Part shown: positions 46,880 to 58,759 of the stretch, piece by piece
Position numbering within the stretch: the first letter of the stretch is position 1
Layout: each line of letters opens with the position of its first letter
Assembly: GCF_006345805.1 (NCBI RefSeq)
Contig: NC_043000.1
Span: 1,984,001 to 2,048,000 of the forward strand
Source: Octopus sinensis
Taxonomy: Eukaryota
Direction: 5' to 3'
DNA length: 64,000 nt
Notes under the pieces: model-generated
Told to the model about the DNA's origin: nothing
The model's database searches: none
Seen by the model: only the letters and a program-made list of their open reading frames with translations
Position numbers and translations under genes: made by a program

Positions 46880-47925
46880 GCACAGGCGTGGCTGTATGGT
46901 AAGTAGCTTTCTTACCAACCACATAGTTCCGGGTTCAGTCCCACTGCATGGCACCTTGTGCAAGTGTCTTCTACTATAGCCTTGGGTCGATCAAAGCTTT
47001 GTGAGTGGATTTGGTAGATGGAAACTGAAAGAAGCCCGTTGTATATATATATATATATATCATCATCATTTAACATCCGCTTTCCATGTAGCATGGGTTG
47101 GACGGTTCAACTGGGGTCTGGCGAGCCCGAAGGCTGCACCAGGCCAGTCAGATCTGGCAGTGTTTCTACAGCTGGATGCCCTTCCTAACGCCAACCACTC
47201 CGAGAGTGTAGTGGGTGATTTTATGTGCCACCGACACAGGTGCCAGATGAGGCTGGCGAACGGCCACGCTCGGATGGTGTTTTTATGTGCCACCGACACA
47301 GGTGCCAGACGAGGCTGGCGAACGGCCACGCTCGGATGGTGTTTTTATGTGCCACCGACACAGGTGCCAGACAAGGCTAGCAGACGACCACGCTCGGATG
47401 GTGTTTTTATGTGCCACCGACACAGGTGCCAGACAAGGCTGGCGAACGGCCACGCTCGGATGGTGTTTTTATGTGCCACCGACACAGGTGCCAGACAAGG
47501 CTAGCAGACGACCACGCTCGGATGGTGTTTTTATGTGCCACCGACACAGGTGCCAGACAAGGCTGGCGAACGGCCACGCTCGGATGGTGTTTTTATGTGC
47601 CACCGACACAGGTGCCAGACAAGGCTGGCAGACGACCATGCTCAGATGGTGTTTTTTATGTGCCACCGACACAGGTGCCATATATATGTATGTGTGTGTG
47701 TATGTTTGTGTGTCTGTGTTTGCCACCCCAACATCGCTTGACAATCAATGCTGGTGTGTTTACACCCTCATAACTTAGTGGTTTGGCAAAAGAGATCTAT
47801 AGAATAAGTGGTTTGGCAAAAGAGACCTAGGCTTTCAAAGAATAAGTCCTGGGGTTGATTTGCTCAACTAAAGGCGGTGCTCCAGCATGGCCACAGTCAA
47901 ATGGCTGAAACAAGTAAAAGAGTAA
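46880..47925 (+). mobile_element. SINE family A interrupted by an RTE 3'UTR copy
   Basis: Head 46880-47060; 3' half resumes at 47681. Confidence 0.85.
47061..47680 (-). mobile_element. RTE 3'UTR copy with a 62-bp tandem array (7 full units plus a partial)
   Basis: TTATGTGCC recurs at 47221, 47283, 47345, 47407, 47469, 47531, 47593 and 47656. Confidence 0.93.
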
Positions 47926-47927
47926 AG

Positions 47928-48268
47928 GGTAAAGACCCCCTTCGGTCATGAATGACCATGGGATTGCACCTAGAAAGTTACCATCCTAGACACAAGTCTG
48001 GGCAAGGTTGTTTATGGAAGACCAGCAGTCGCCCATGCATACCAGCCTCCCCTCTCCACACCATCAGTGTTATCCAAGGGAAAGACAAAGGTCGATACAG
48101 CTTGGCACCAGTGACGTCGCAACTCATTTCTACAGCTGAGTGAACTGGAGCAACGTGAAATAAAGTGCCTTGCTCAAGAACACAACACGCAGCCCGGTCC
48201 GGGATTCGAGCTCACAACCTCACGATCGTAAGCTCGACGCTCTAACCACTGAGCCATGCGCCTTCACA
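47928..48268 (-). mobile_element. SINE family D (tRNA head, CORE-like domain) inserted into a SINE-A tail
   Basis: GTGAAGGCGCATGGCTCAGTGGTTAGAGCG..CTTGAGCAAGGCACTT..CACTCAGCTGTAGAAATGAG; flanked by AAAAGAGTAAA. Confidence 0.9.
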
Positions 48269-48976
48269 AAAGAGTAAAAGAGTGCAAATTGTGTGAGGAT
48301 TACTCTGTAGTCAGTATTCTTTTCCCCTAAGCCGTCCTACCACCAGTATCAATCACAACCAATATGAACGTTATCATCATCATCATGGTCTTGATCATGT
48401 TCTACCTTGTCATTGATGTTGATGATTTATAGATAAGCAAAATTGATTTTAGTTGGATTAAATAAAACTGTTTGCATGAATGTTGTCTGTTAGGATAATT
48501 CAGTTTGAACAGTGTGTGGGTGGCTTGGTGGATGGTACAGTGTGGGGGAAGAAGACAGTCGTGATGGTGTAGGGTATGCTGATGGTTGTATGTAGGGAGG
48601 GAGAAGTGTAGAGTGATGGGGTGTGTGGCAAAGTGTACTGCGGGGATTTAGTGATGGTAGATGGGGTGGAAGAAAGATTGGGTCTGGTGAGAAGATGGAA
48701 GTAAAGAGGAAGACAAGTGCATCATCAACAGTAAAGATGGTGAGCTAATGTAGGATCCTGTATAGGACTGTATGACTTGTTAGAAAAAGCAGCCAGTTCC
48801 CCTTGAAAACATATTCCATTGTCTCAGTGAAGGACATGATGGATATTGGGGTTCTGGGTTCTCTCTGCACAAGAGAAAAAGACAGGATGGTCACAGATGG
48901 AATGCTTTTCATTATCAGTCTGTTTCTTCAGAGTTAACCTGAGTTACAACAGTAAAGGTATTTCTTATTTCTTTAT

Positions 48977-49197
48977 TGCCCACAAGGGGCTAAACACAGA
49001 GGGGACAAACAAGGACAGACAAAGAGATTGAGTCTTATACATCGACCCCAGTATGTAACTGGTACTTAATTTATCGACCCTGAAAGGATGAAAGGCAAAG
49101 TCGATCCTAGCGGAATTTGAACTCAGAATGTAACGGCAGACAAAATATCGCTAAGCATTTCACCCGGTGTGCTAACGTTTCTGCCAGCTCTCTGCCA
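48977..49197 (-). mobile_element. SINE family B with TSD
   Basis: TSD CAGTAAAGGTATTTCT. Confidence 0.88.
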
Positions 49198-49442
49198 GTA
49201 AAGGTATTTCTAATAGTAACAAAACCAGCTATAATGAAAACAATACTGATTGCTGCAACAACAAGAATAACAATAAATAATAGTGACAATAATAACTACA
49301 ACAACAATTACAACCTACACCTATGAAGTTTACTCGTCACCACTTCTTCCACCACCATTGACCACCAACAATCGAAAGAAAGCTCCAGAAGTGTTAGAAA
49401 CAATTATACAAAACCTTGCCACACTGTCATCACGTTTTGCTC

Positions 49443-49771
49443 AATGTTTTGCTCAAGAACACAATGGTCCAAGGATTGAAACCACAATCTTATGATCTTG
49501 AGTCTAACACCCTAACCACTTAGCCATGTGTCTCCACGTTACTTCAGTCCACTCAGCTGGTAAAAGTGAGTAATGCTGTGATGGACCAGCATCCAGTCCA
49601 GGGAGGAATATATATGCCAGAGAAACCAGAAAATTGGCCCTATGCTCCTTATGGAGTAATGTGGACTAATGTAAATTCTTTCGTGGAATTTACTGGTTCC
49701 CTAGTAGTTTGGTGCAGTATAGTGGTACATGGATGTAGGGGTTGTTGTTGTACAATTCCAGGTCAGTTTTA
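49443..49771 (+). repeat. Local duplication, copy 1 (about 330 bp)
   Basis: Near-identical to 52549-52874. Confidence 0.92.
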
Positions 49772-50233
49772 TTGTACAATTCCAGGTCTCACAGAATAAA
49801 CCAGTGCATAGTGTGATTCTGAATCAGGTAAAGGTTTGACATATCTGCAACATTGGATCTATGGCCATGTGTCCAGTTGACACTCCACTTTACAAATAGC
49901 TGATGAATCATCTTCTTGTTTGCTCAACCTGCTAGAAATAGCAAACAGATTTCTCTCAACCTGTTCATTAGAGTATATATTTTTGCAGGTAATTTAGTAG
50001 ACTGTTCAGTCTAAGGAAGGAGAGTCCATTTCCCTATAAACCTTTGGACACTATTTCAGAAACTTGCTTGACTAAACTGATGCATGCCTTTAAACCATAC
50101 CAATATAGCTAAAAGAGGATTCTGGTATTTGGGTTACAAAGTATGTCTATACAGGCAGGCTTACATGCAAGAGGGGTCATTTCACTGATATTGTGAGAAG
50201 TGGCAGTAATAACATAGGCCACTCTAGGAATTG

Positions 50234-50613
50234 GTGCAACACCAGTGCAAAATCACCTCCCTCCGACAAGTCATCCTAACGAGATGTCTGCGTTGGCTGG
50301 GTTATGCCCTCCATCGTCAACCAGGAGAATTCATCTATGAAGCAATTGTCCCAGCTCCCCTTCAGGGTTGGCGAAAGCGATGTGGTGGACAACAAAAAAC
50401 CTGGCTGATGACAGTCAGGGCTGATCTGGAACCCAACCCAGGTCCCCATATCTACGATGTTTGCCGCTGGAATAAGGAGTGGTTGGAGATCATGCGGTCG
50501 TTTGCCTCAAATCACCAGGTCTGGTCAGCGTTTGTAAGAGATGCAGCATTGAAGATGAATGAGCCAGCTCAACCCACCCCGGGTGAATGCTGTCTCAAGA
50601 CAAGAAGAAGACG
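50234..50613 (+). mobile_element. 3' end of a second RTE lineage (CAAGA tail)
   Basis: LRWLGYALHR..GWRKRCGGQQKTW..GPHIYDVCRWNKEW; TSD ACTCTAG(G/A)AATTG. Confidence 0.8.
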
Positions 50614-50859
50614 ACTCTAGAAATTGAGCTACAGAGACACAGTGGGAGTTGCAGCTGAAATCTTAACTGACCAGTGGTGCAAATTTTCATTGTCTTGCAA
50701 TACAGATGGATGCTGAAGATTTATGATGTGAGTGGTCAGTGGTGAATGCCCTTGTTTGTGGTGAGAGCTACTGCTTTTACTGTATTAGAGATCACTGCTA
50801 TTGATGCTTGTTTGTTTGTTTGTTGAGTGAAGCGGTCTTCGTCTCAGAGCTCGCAAGAT

Positions 50860-51172
50860 CACGCCTCTGTAGTGGGAGAAGTCCGAAACGTGGTCCTTTG
50901 TGAATCGTAAAACCCACAGAAGAGAAAGCAGGTCAACCCCCAACACCGAGAGCATCGCTGGATAGATGAATGCGCTTCCAGGCTTAGCGGTTGCGTAGGA
51001 AGTCGGGGACAGGAAACAGGTAGAAAGAGTGAGAGAAAGTTGGGGCGAAAGAGTTCATGGAGCTTTAGGTGTTTTCGCTCAATAAACACACACAACGCCC
51101 AGTCTGGGAATTGAAATCACAATCCTCCAACCGTGAGTCCGCTGCCCTAACCACTGGGCCATTGCACCTCCA
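50860..51172 (-). mobile_element. SINE-C-related copy with a different 3' part
   Basis: C-type head in reverse (CCCTAACCACTGGGCCATTGCACCTCCA). Confidence 0.75.
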
Positions 51173-51217
51173 CTGCTGTTGATGCTCAATGTTAGCTGAT
51201 GTTATTATTTAAGTTAA

Positions 51218-51438
51218 CCCTTTCGATACCAACCCGGCTGAAACCGGCTCTGGCTCTATAGTACAAATGTCTTATTTTCATAAGTTCTGAATTAAAATCT
51301 TCCACCAAACCTTAGTCACAATTTATGTTTGTAACACTATTTGAATGATAACTAAGTTATTTTACTAAATTCTTTGTTATATTTAAAGTAATTGAAAGAA
51401 ACACAGAGCATCTCAAAATTAATACAGTAACAAAAGGG
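51218..51438. mobile_element. piggyBac-type MITE
   Basis: TTAA|CCCTTTCG..CAAAAGGG|TTAA. Older related copies at about 51645-51890 and 52007-52205. Confidence 0.88.
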
Positions 51439-52548
51439 TTAATGTCAGTACTGGTCACTTGTATAAGTAGTTAGAATTGATTGCTGTTGTGTTAATAAAT
51501 GATGTGTGATGGTTGTTGTTGCTGTATCAGTTAGTAGCCATTGCTGGCCAGTGCTACTGTTGATTTAAAATAAATATTAAACAGCTAACTGCAAATATAC
51601 AGGTTTTTTCAACTGATAACATTTTATGTTAAAAAAAAGATTAACCCTTTTGTGACCAGAGTTCTAATGAAATACACTGATTATGTGTTTCAATTAATTT
51701 TGAAAATAATCAATAATTTGGATTTAGTAAACTAATTAACTTCGTTATTATTAAGTTGATGTTTGAAATATAACCATATGGTTTTCAGATAAAATTATAA
51801 TGGAATATTATAATTTAAAATTGAATACTTTAAAACCAGTAGTTTTGTATCATAGAACCAGGGAAGGTCTCAGGTGGGTTGGTATGCTTTGAAAAAGCCA
51901 CATATATCTCTGATCACTTTTTTAAATCACTAAAACATATCAAGTTACAGAGCTGTGTTTGAAGAGATGTGCAAAGCACATACACTTCACATGTTAACCT
52001 TTCTATTACAATATTTCCATTGAAATACATTGCCTTTGTTTCAATTAATTCCAAAACTAATGAATTTAGTAGCATAACTCGTTATTAAGCTAGTGTTTGG
52101 AACAAAAGTTCATGCAAAATTTTGATGGAGGGATTAAAAAAAAAAAAAGATAACTTTAAAACAAAAATTTTGCATCATGGAACCACAGCTGCTCTCTCAG
52201 AAAGGTTAATGAGGATCTAGTGAAATGCAATTTTAGATTTAGCAAAGCTGCTGACCTTGCAGTGGATAAGAATCAATGATGATAATGGATTGGCCAGTGT
52301 TGAGTGCATGGCATCTCTTACACTGTGTACTATTTCTTATGAAAATGGAAGAGGTTTGTGCTCAATACTGATAGCAGAGGCTGCTGTGGTTGGTCAGTAC
52401 TGGCTGGATCTGCTGTGTTATTTCGGGATCAATACTGGTTGTAGTTCTTTTGTTAGTTAGTGGACTGTATTGACCACAGCTTCTGCTGTTGTATATCCAG
52501 GCTGGAGATGTCCTTCATCAAATTTGGCCTGGCTACATTCTTCCATGA

Positions 52549-52874
52549 AATGTTTTGCTCAAGAACACAATGGTCCAAGGATTGAAACCACAATCTTATG
52601 ATCTTGAGTCTAACACCCTAACCACTTAGCCATGTGCCTCCACGTTACTTCAGTCCACTCAGCTGGTAAAAGTGAGTAATGCTGTGATGGACCAGCATCC
52701 AGTCCAGGGAGGAATATATATGCCAGAGAAACCAGAAAATTGGCCCTATGCTCCTTATGGCGTAATGTGGACTAATCTAAATTCTTTTGTGGAATTTACT
52801 GGTTCACTAGTAGTTTGGTGCAGTATAGTGGTACATGGATGTAGGGGTTGTTGTACAATTCCAGGTCAGTTTTA
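52549..52874 (+). repeat. Local duplication, copy 2
   Basis: Offset 3106 bp from copy 1. Confidence 0.92.
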
Positions 52875-52949
52875 ATCTAACAGTCACATGGTATGCAGTT
52901 AGTAATTGACTGAATGATAAGGTATAACTCACAAAAGTGGAGGAGGAGG

Positions 52950-53287
52950 AGACCCCTTTTGGTCACGATACTGACCATGGGCTTGCACCCAGAATGTTAC
53001 CCTCTGAAGCACAAGTCTGGGCGAGGTTGTTTATAAAAGACCAGCAGTTGCCCATGCATACCAGTCTCCCCTCTCCACACCACTGATGCTATCCAAGGGA
53101 AAGGCAAAGGCTGATACAGCTTGGCACCTGTGATGTCGCAACTCATTTCTACAGCTGAGTGAACTGGAGCAACGGGAAATAAAGTGTCTTGCTCAAGAAC
53201 ACAACACGCAGCCCGATTTGGGAATCGAACTCGCAACCTCACAATCATAAGTTCGACGCTCTAACCACTGAGCCATGTGCCTTCACA
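52950..53287 (-). mobile_element. SINE family D
   Basis: Matches 47928-48268. Confidence 0.85.
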
Positions 53288-53661
53288 TTTCACAAAAGTA
53301 TCTTCCTAATTATACCATGTCACTACCTACCTGAGGACTATACTGCATACTCTAGCATTCAGGGAGGAATTGTTCGGAGTGCAGTGTGATAATGTGGACG
53401 TGTTGTACTCCCTTCATTGTCTTTGTAGATGCTGGTGGTGCCACAGCAGTTGTGGGCAAAGTGGACTTAGCCAGAGCATGACGCATGCTGTTCACTTGCG
53501 CTTATTGTTAGTGGTGTGGGTGTGTGTTCTAGCACAGAGTTTAGGATGAGTGAGTCTATTGATGTTGCATCTATTTTGTGTGTACATGCTTTCTTTATGT
53601 TTATCTGAACTGAGGGATACTATTGTACTGGTGTGGTGGTGGTATAGAAGTACATTAAAAA

Positions 53662-54077
53662 GGCGGTGAGCTGGCAGAATCGTTAGCACGCCGGGCGAAA
53701 TGCTTAGCGGTATTTCGTCTGCCGTTACGTTCTGATTTCAAATTCCGCCAAGGTCGACTTTGCCTTTCATCCTTTCGGGGGTCGATAAATTAAGTACCAG
53801 TTATGCACTTGGATCGGTATAATCGACTTAATCCGTCTGTCTGTCCTTGTTTGTCCTCTCTGTGTTTAGCCCCTTGTAGGTAGTAAAGAAATAGGTATTT
53901 CATTTGCCGCTACGTTCTGAGTTCAAATTCCGCCGAGGTCGACTTTGCCTTTCATCCTTTCAGGATTGATAAATTAAGTACCAGTTACGCACTGGGGTTG
54001 ATGTAATTGACTTAATCCATTTGTCTGTCTTTGTTTGTCCTCTCTGTGTTTAGCTCCTTGTGGGCAATAAAGAAATA
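53662..54077 (+). mobile_element. SINE family B tandem dimer
   Basis: Full monomer plus a 184-bp headless monomer from 53894. Outer TSD GGTATAGAAGTACA (53641-54, 54078-91). Confidence 0.92.
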
Positions 54078-54439
54078 GGTATAGAAGTACACTAGCTATA
54101 TGATCATACAGTGGAACAATGATATTGTGACACAGTGGTAAGATGTGGTAAGATGGTATTCTAGTTGCATGTGTATGGTGGAACAAAAATGTGACAAGGT
54201 AGTTGTGTACTGATACACTAGTCTGTTGTGGTGATGGAGTGGCGTGGTCACAGTATCATGACAGACTATGAATATTTAGTAGTGTAGTATGGTGGTATAT
54301 TGGTGTCATGATTATTGTTGTTTCACTCTAAATCAACCCTGATCAAGCTGACTTTTGATAAAAGACATTCCATCCATGACCACTAACCAATAGTATTATT
54401 CATCCTCTTATATAGAGTAGAGGCATACAAGATATGCTT

Positions 54440-54812
54440 ACATGGTTCTGGGTTCAGTCCCACTGCATGGCACTTTGGGCAAGTGTCTTCTACTATAGCC
54501 TGGGGCCGACCAAAGCCTTGTGAATGAATTTGTGGATTTGGTAGACAGAAACTGAAAGAAGCCCGTCGTATATATATATATATTTCTTTACTACCCACAA
54601 GGGGCTAAACACAGAGAGGACAAACAAGGACAGACAAACGGATTAAGTCGATTATATCGACCCCAGTGCGTAACTGGTACTTATTTAATCAACCCCGAAA
54701 GGATGAAAGGCAAAGTCGACATCTGCGCAATTTGAACTCAGAGCGTAGTGACAGACGAAATACCACTAAACATTTCGCCTGACGCGCTAATGTTTCTGCC
54801 AGCTCGCCGCCT

Positions 54813-54850
<38 letters not shown>

Positions 54851-55070
54851 ATGTGTATGTTTGTGTGTCTGTGTTTGTACCCCCAACATCGCTTGACAAC
54901 TGATGCTGGTGTGTTTATGTCCCCGTCACTTAGCGGTTCGGCAAGTGAGACTGATAGAATAAGTACTAGGCTTACAAAGAATAAGTCCTGGAGTCGATTT
55001 GATCGACTAAAGGTGGTGCTCCAGCATGGACACAATCAAATGACTGAAACAAATAAAAGAATAAAAGAAC
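54440..55070 (+). mobile_element. SINE family A with antisense SINE-B (54581-54811) in its (TA)n
   Basis: Same nesting as 19685-20300. Confidence 0.88.
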
Positions 55071-55121
55071 ATTCATAACAAGGTGCTTGATTTAGATCAT
55101 GAGTATCTACCATCTTAGGAG

Positions 55122-55458
55122 TAAAAGACCCCTTTCGGTCATGAATGACCATGGGATTGCACCTAGAAAGTTACCCTCCTAGACACAAGTCCGGGCAAGG
55201 TTGTTTTTTATGGAAGACCAGCAGTCGCCCATGCATACCAGCCTCCCCTCTCCACACCACCAGTGTTATCCAAGGGAAAGACAAATGTCGATACAGCTTG
55301 GCACCAGTGACGTCGCAACTCATTTCTACAGCTGAGTGAACTGGAGCAACGTGAAATAAAGTGCCTTGCTCGAGAACACAACACGCAGCCCGGTCCGGGA
55401 TTCGAGCTCACAACCTCACGATCGTAAGCTCGATGCTCTAACCACTGAGCCATGCGCC
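55122..55458 (-). mobile_element. SINE family D (young)
   Basis: Nearly identical to 47928-48268. Confidence 0.9.
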
Positions 55459-55644
55459 ATGTTTATATACATACATAGGCAGTTCATCAATGATGAAATG
55501 TTGGGAGTCACATCAGAAGTGAGTCTGCTGGTTTCTGTTCTCAGTTGCTGTGCTCCAGATGTGGGCAGGACAGTCTTAGGAACACCATAGGGGCCCACGG
55601 GGAACTCAATGTACTCGGTCCTGTCATATTTATTTATTGACAGC

Positions 55645-55848
55645 ATGCTGGGCGAAATGTTTAGCAGTATTTCGCTTGCCGTTACGTCCTGAGTTCAAAT
55701 TCTGCTGAGGTCGACTTTGCTTTTCATCCTTTCGGGGTCGATAAATTAAGTACCAGTTATGCACTGGGATTGGTGTAATCGACTTAGTACCTTTGTCTGT
55801 CCTTGTTTGTCCCCTCTATGTTTAGCCCCTTGTGGGCAATAAAGAAAT
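55645..55848 (+). mobile_element. SINE family B (5'-clipped)
   Basis: B central domain and AAAGAAAT tail. Confidence 0.82.
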
Positions 55849-56529
55849 TAAAAAATGGTGAACTCACTTGGCTGAGAAATAACAATTTCCAGTCTACCAA
55901 ATGTTCACTTTCAAGCTGAAATTTGAGCTTGCACCATCAAAAGTATACACCGAGCATTTAGTAATATGGGCACAATTACCAGCAAACTATTGTCATTTTC
56001 AACATTTGTGTGGTCTTAGTCTTAGCTTCAAGGTGTAAACTTCATATAGGTTAACATCTAATCTTGTCCTATATGTCTACAATTTTAGTTGATTTATTGA
56101 ATGACTTCCTGACCATTGTTTTTTAGGGATATATTTAGAGCTCCATTACCCAGTCTGCCTTTTCCTTATTTAAGGTGGTAAAGTTTTAGTTGAGAGAAAT
56201 TTGGCTGCTATTTCTAGCAGTTTGTATAATCACATGGAGGCTCTCACATTGGCTCCAATGATGTCATAATATATTCAATATCGTGTCAAATTGTAGTGGT
56301 TTGGACACTTGTATCCTGTAGTGTTTACCCTGCTCCATTCTTGTAGTACTTCTATTTCTTTTCCTTATCACCCTTGCACCACTCTTCTATTACTCTTGTT
56401 TCATCTGTTTCTCATCCTCCCCCATTTTAGTCCTATTCTTCTTTTGGGTTACCTTTTCTGTGTTAGCCATCTTCTGCCTCTATTTTAATCTTGTTACCCA
56501 TTTGTGCATGGATACTTCTGTTTGTTTAA

Positions 56530-56760
56530 GGCGTTGAGCTGGCAGAATCGTTAGCACACCGGGTGAAATGCGTGGCCGTATTTCGTCTGCCGTTACGTTC
56601 TGAGTTCAAATTCTGCCGAGGTCCACTTTGCCTTTCAATCTTTCGGGGTCGATAAATTAAATACCAGTTACGCACTGGGGTCGATCTAATCGACTTAATC
56701 CGTTTGTCTGTCCTTGTTTGTCCCTTCTGTGTTTAGCCCCTTGTGGGTAGTAAAGAAATA
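56530..56760 (+). mobile_element. SINE family B
   Basis: TSD ATACTTCTGTTTGT. Confidence 0.9.
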
Positions 56761-56906
56761 TATACTTCTGTTTGTATTCAATATCACCCCTGTTTCTCTC
56801 CTTTGGCGTTATCCTTGTTTCTCACTTGTATTAATCCTGTTCCTTTCCTATACTACTGCTGTTTGTTAGGAGAAGAACATGGATAAGACTGTGTCACACC
56901 TGTTCT

Positions 56907-57129
56907 CATCAGCCAACCCTGGCTGATGACAGTCAAAGCTGATCTGGAACCCAACCTAGGTCCCTGTGTCTACGGCGTTCGCCGCTGGAATAAGGAGTGG
57001 TTGGAGATCACGCGGTCGTTAGCCTCAAATCGCCAGGTCTGGTTGGCATTTGTGAGAGATGCAGCATTGAGGATGAAGGAAGCCAGCTCAACCCACCCCG
57101 GGTGAATGCTGTCTCAAGACAAGACAAGA
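56907..57129 (+). mobile_element. Short 3' fragment of the CAAGA-tailed RTE with a 5' snap-back
   Basis: Homologous to 50400-50613; TSD CACACCTGTTCT (56895-906, 57130-41). Confidence 0.85.
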
Positions 57130-57289
57130 CACACCTGTTCTGCTGATTAACTCCTTTACTTTTAATCCCTTTCCTTATTCTTCCGCTTATCCCTTCTGTT
57201 TTTTTTTTTTTGCTGCTTCCTCTCTGATCTTTTGCTGTATTACTTCTAAATCTCTCTGTATTATCCCTGTTTCTGATTGCATTACTCTC

Positions 57290-57508
57290 TTTGCTCTTTA
57301 CTCTTTTACTTGTTTCAGTCATTTGACTGTGGCCATGCTGGAGCACCGCCTTTAATCGAGCAACTCGAACCCGGGACTTATTGTTTTGTAAGCCCAGTAC
57401 TTATTCTATCAGTCTCTTTTGCCGAACCGCTAAGTGACGGGGACGTAAACACACCAGCATCGGTTGTCAAGCAATGCTAGGGGGACAAACACAGACACAC
57501 ACACACAA

Positions 57509-57539
<31 letters not shown>

Positions 57540-57713
57540 CATACATATATACGACGGGCTTCCTTCAGTTTCCGTCTACCAAATCCACTCACAAGGCTTT
57601 GGTCGGCCCGAGGCTATAGCAGAAGACACTTGCCCAAGGTGCCACGCAGTGGGACTGAACCCGGAACCATGTGGTTGGTAAACAAGCTACTTACCACACA
57701 GCCACTCCTGCGC
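57290..57713 (-). mobile_element. SINE family A
   Basis: Complete reverse copy. Confidence 0.9.
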
Positions 57714-57794
57714 ATTAATCCTATTCTCCACACATGTTACTCTTCATCCTGTCAGTATCAATTGTTTCTCACCCAGGTTACTTCTGTTCTTGAA

Positions 57795-58207
57795 TTCTTT
57801 CGATTCAAAATCAAAATTGAACCAAATTCGATGACTGGCACCTGGCCATTGCCAGTGTTGCTGGACTGACTCCTGTGCAAGTGGCAAGTAAAGAAACACC
57901 ATTTCGACCCTGTGCTTGAGGAGACCTATTGAGTCAAGTACATCAACATCAAAAATCAATGGAAATCGTAGTTGTGATCCCTGTGCTGGTGGCATGTAAA
58001 AAGCACCAACCGATCGTGGCTGTTGCCAGCCTCACCTGCCACGTAAAAAGCACCCACTACACTCATGGAGTGGTTGGCATTAGGAAGGGCATCCAGCTGT
58101 AGAAACACTGCCAGATCTGACTGGCCTGGTGCAGCCATCTGGCTTCCCAGGTCCCGGTCGAACTATCCAACCCATGCTAGCATGGAAAATGGACGTTAAA
58201 CAATGAT
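57795..58207 (+). mobile_element. RTE 3'UTR copy
   Basis: AAAATTGAACCAA..GATGACTGGCACC as at 12665-12695; GGAAGGGCATCC; GGACGTTAAAC end. Confidence 0.82.
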
Positions 58208-58759
58208 GAGGAGTAGGAGGAGGATTCCTCACATGTGTTTTCTCCACTCCTCTTATGTGTCACTTTTGTCCTTTTTCTGGTTTTCCATTGAGCCTTTTTG
58301 CATTACTCTGGCCCCTTATATGTATTACCTCTGTTCCACTCCTGTGTTACCCTGTCTTTCTCAGTGTTCGTATTTTTTCCACTTCTGTGTTACCTTTGCT
58401 CAATTATCATGTTACCCTTGCCCCACTCATGTATTAAGCTCGCTCCTCTCCTATGTGAAATTGCTCCACTCTTGTGCTACCTTTACTTCTTACCTGTTAG
58501 TCTTGCCTCACTCCTGTGTTACCCTTGCTCTGCTCATACGTTACTCTTTATTCCACTCCCCTTACCCTTGTTCCACTCATGTGTTACCCTGCTTCACTCG
58601 TTTTATTCTTGAACCACTCCTGTTAACCTTGCTCCACTTATGCGTTACACTTGCTGCACACACATATTACCTTTACTCCATTCCTGTTACCTTTGATCCA
58701 CTCTTGTTACCCTTACTCCACCCCTGTGTTACTGTTGCTCCATTCTTATTCTACTAATG

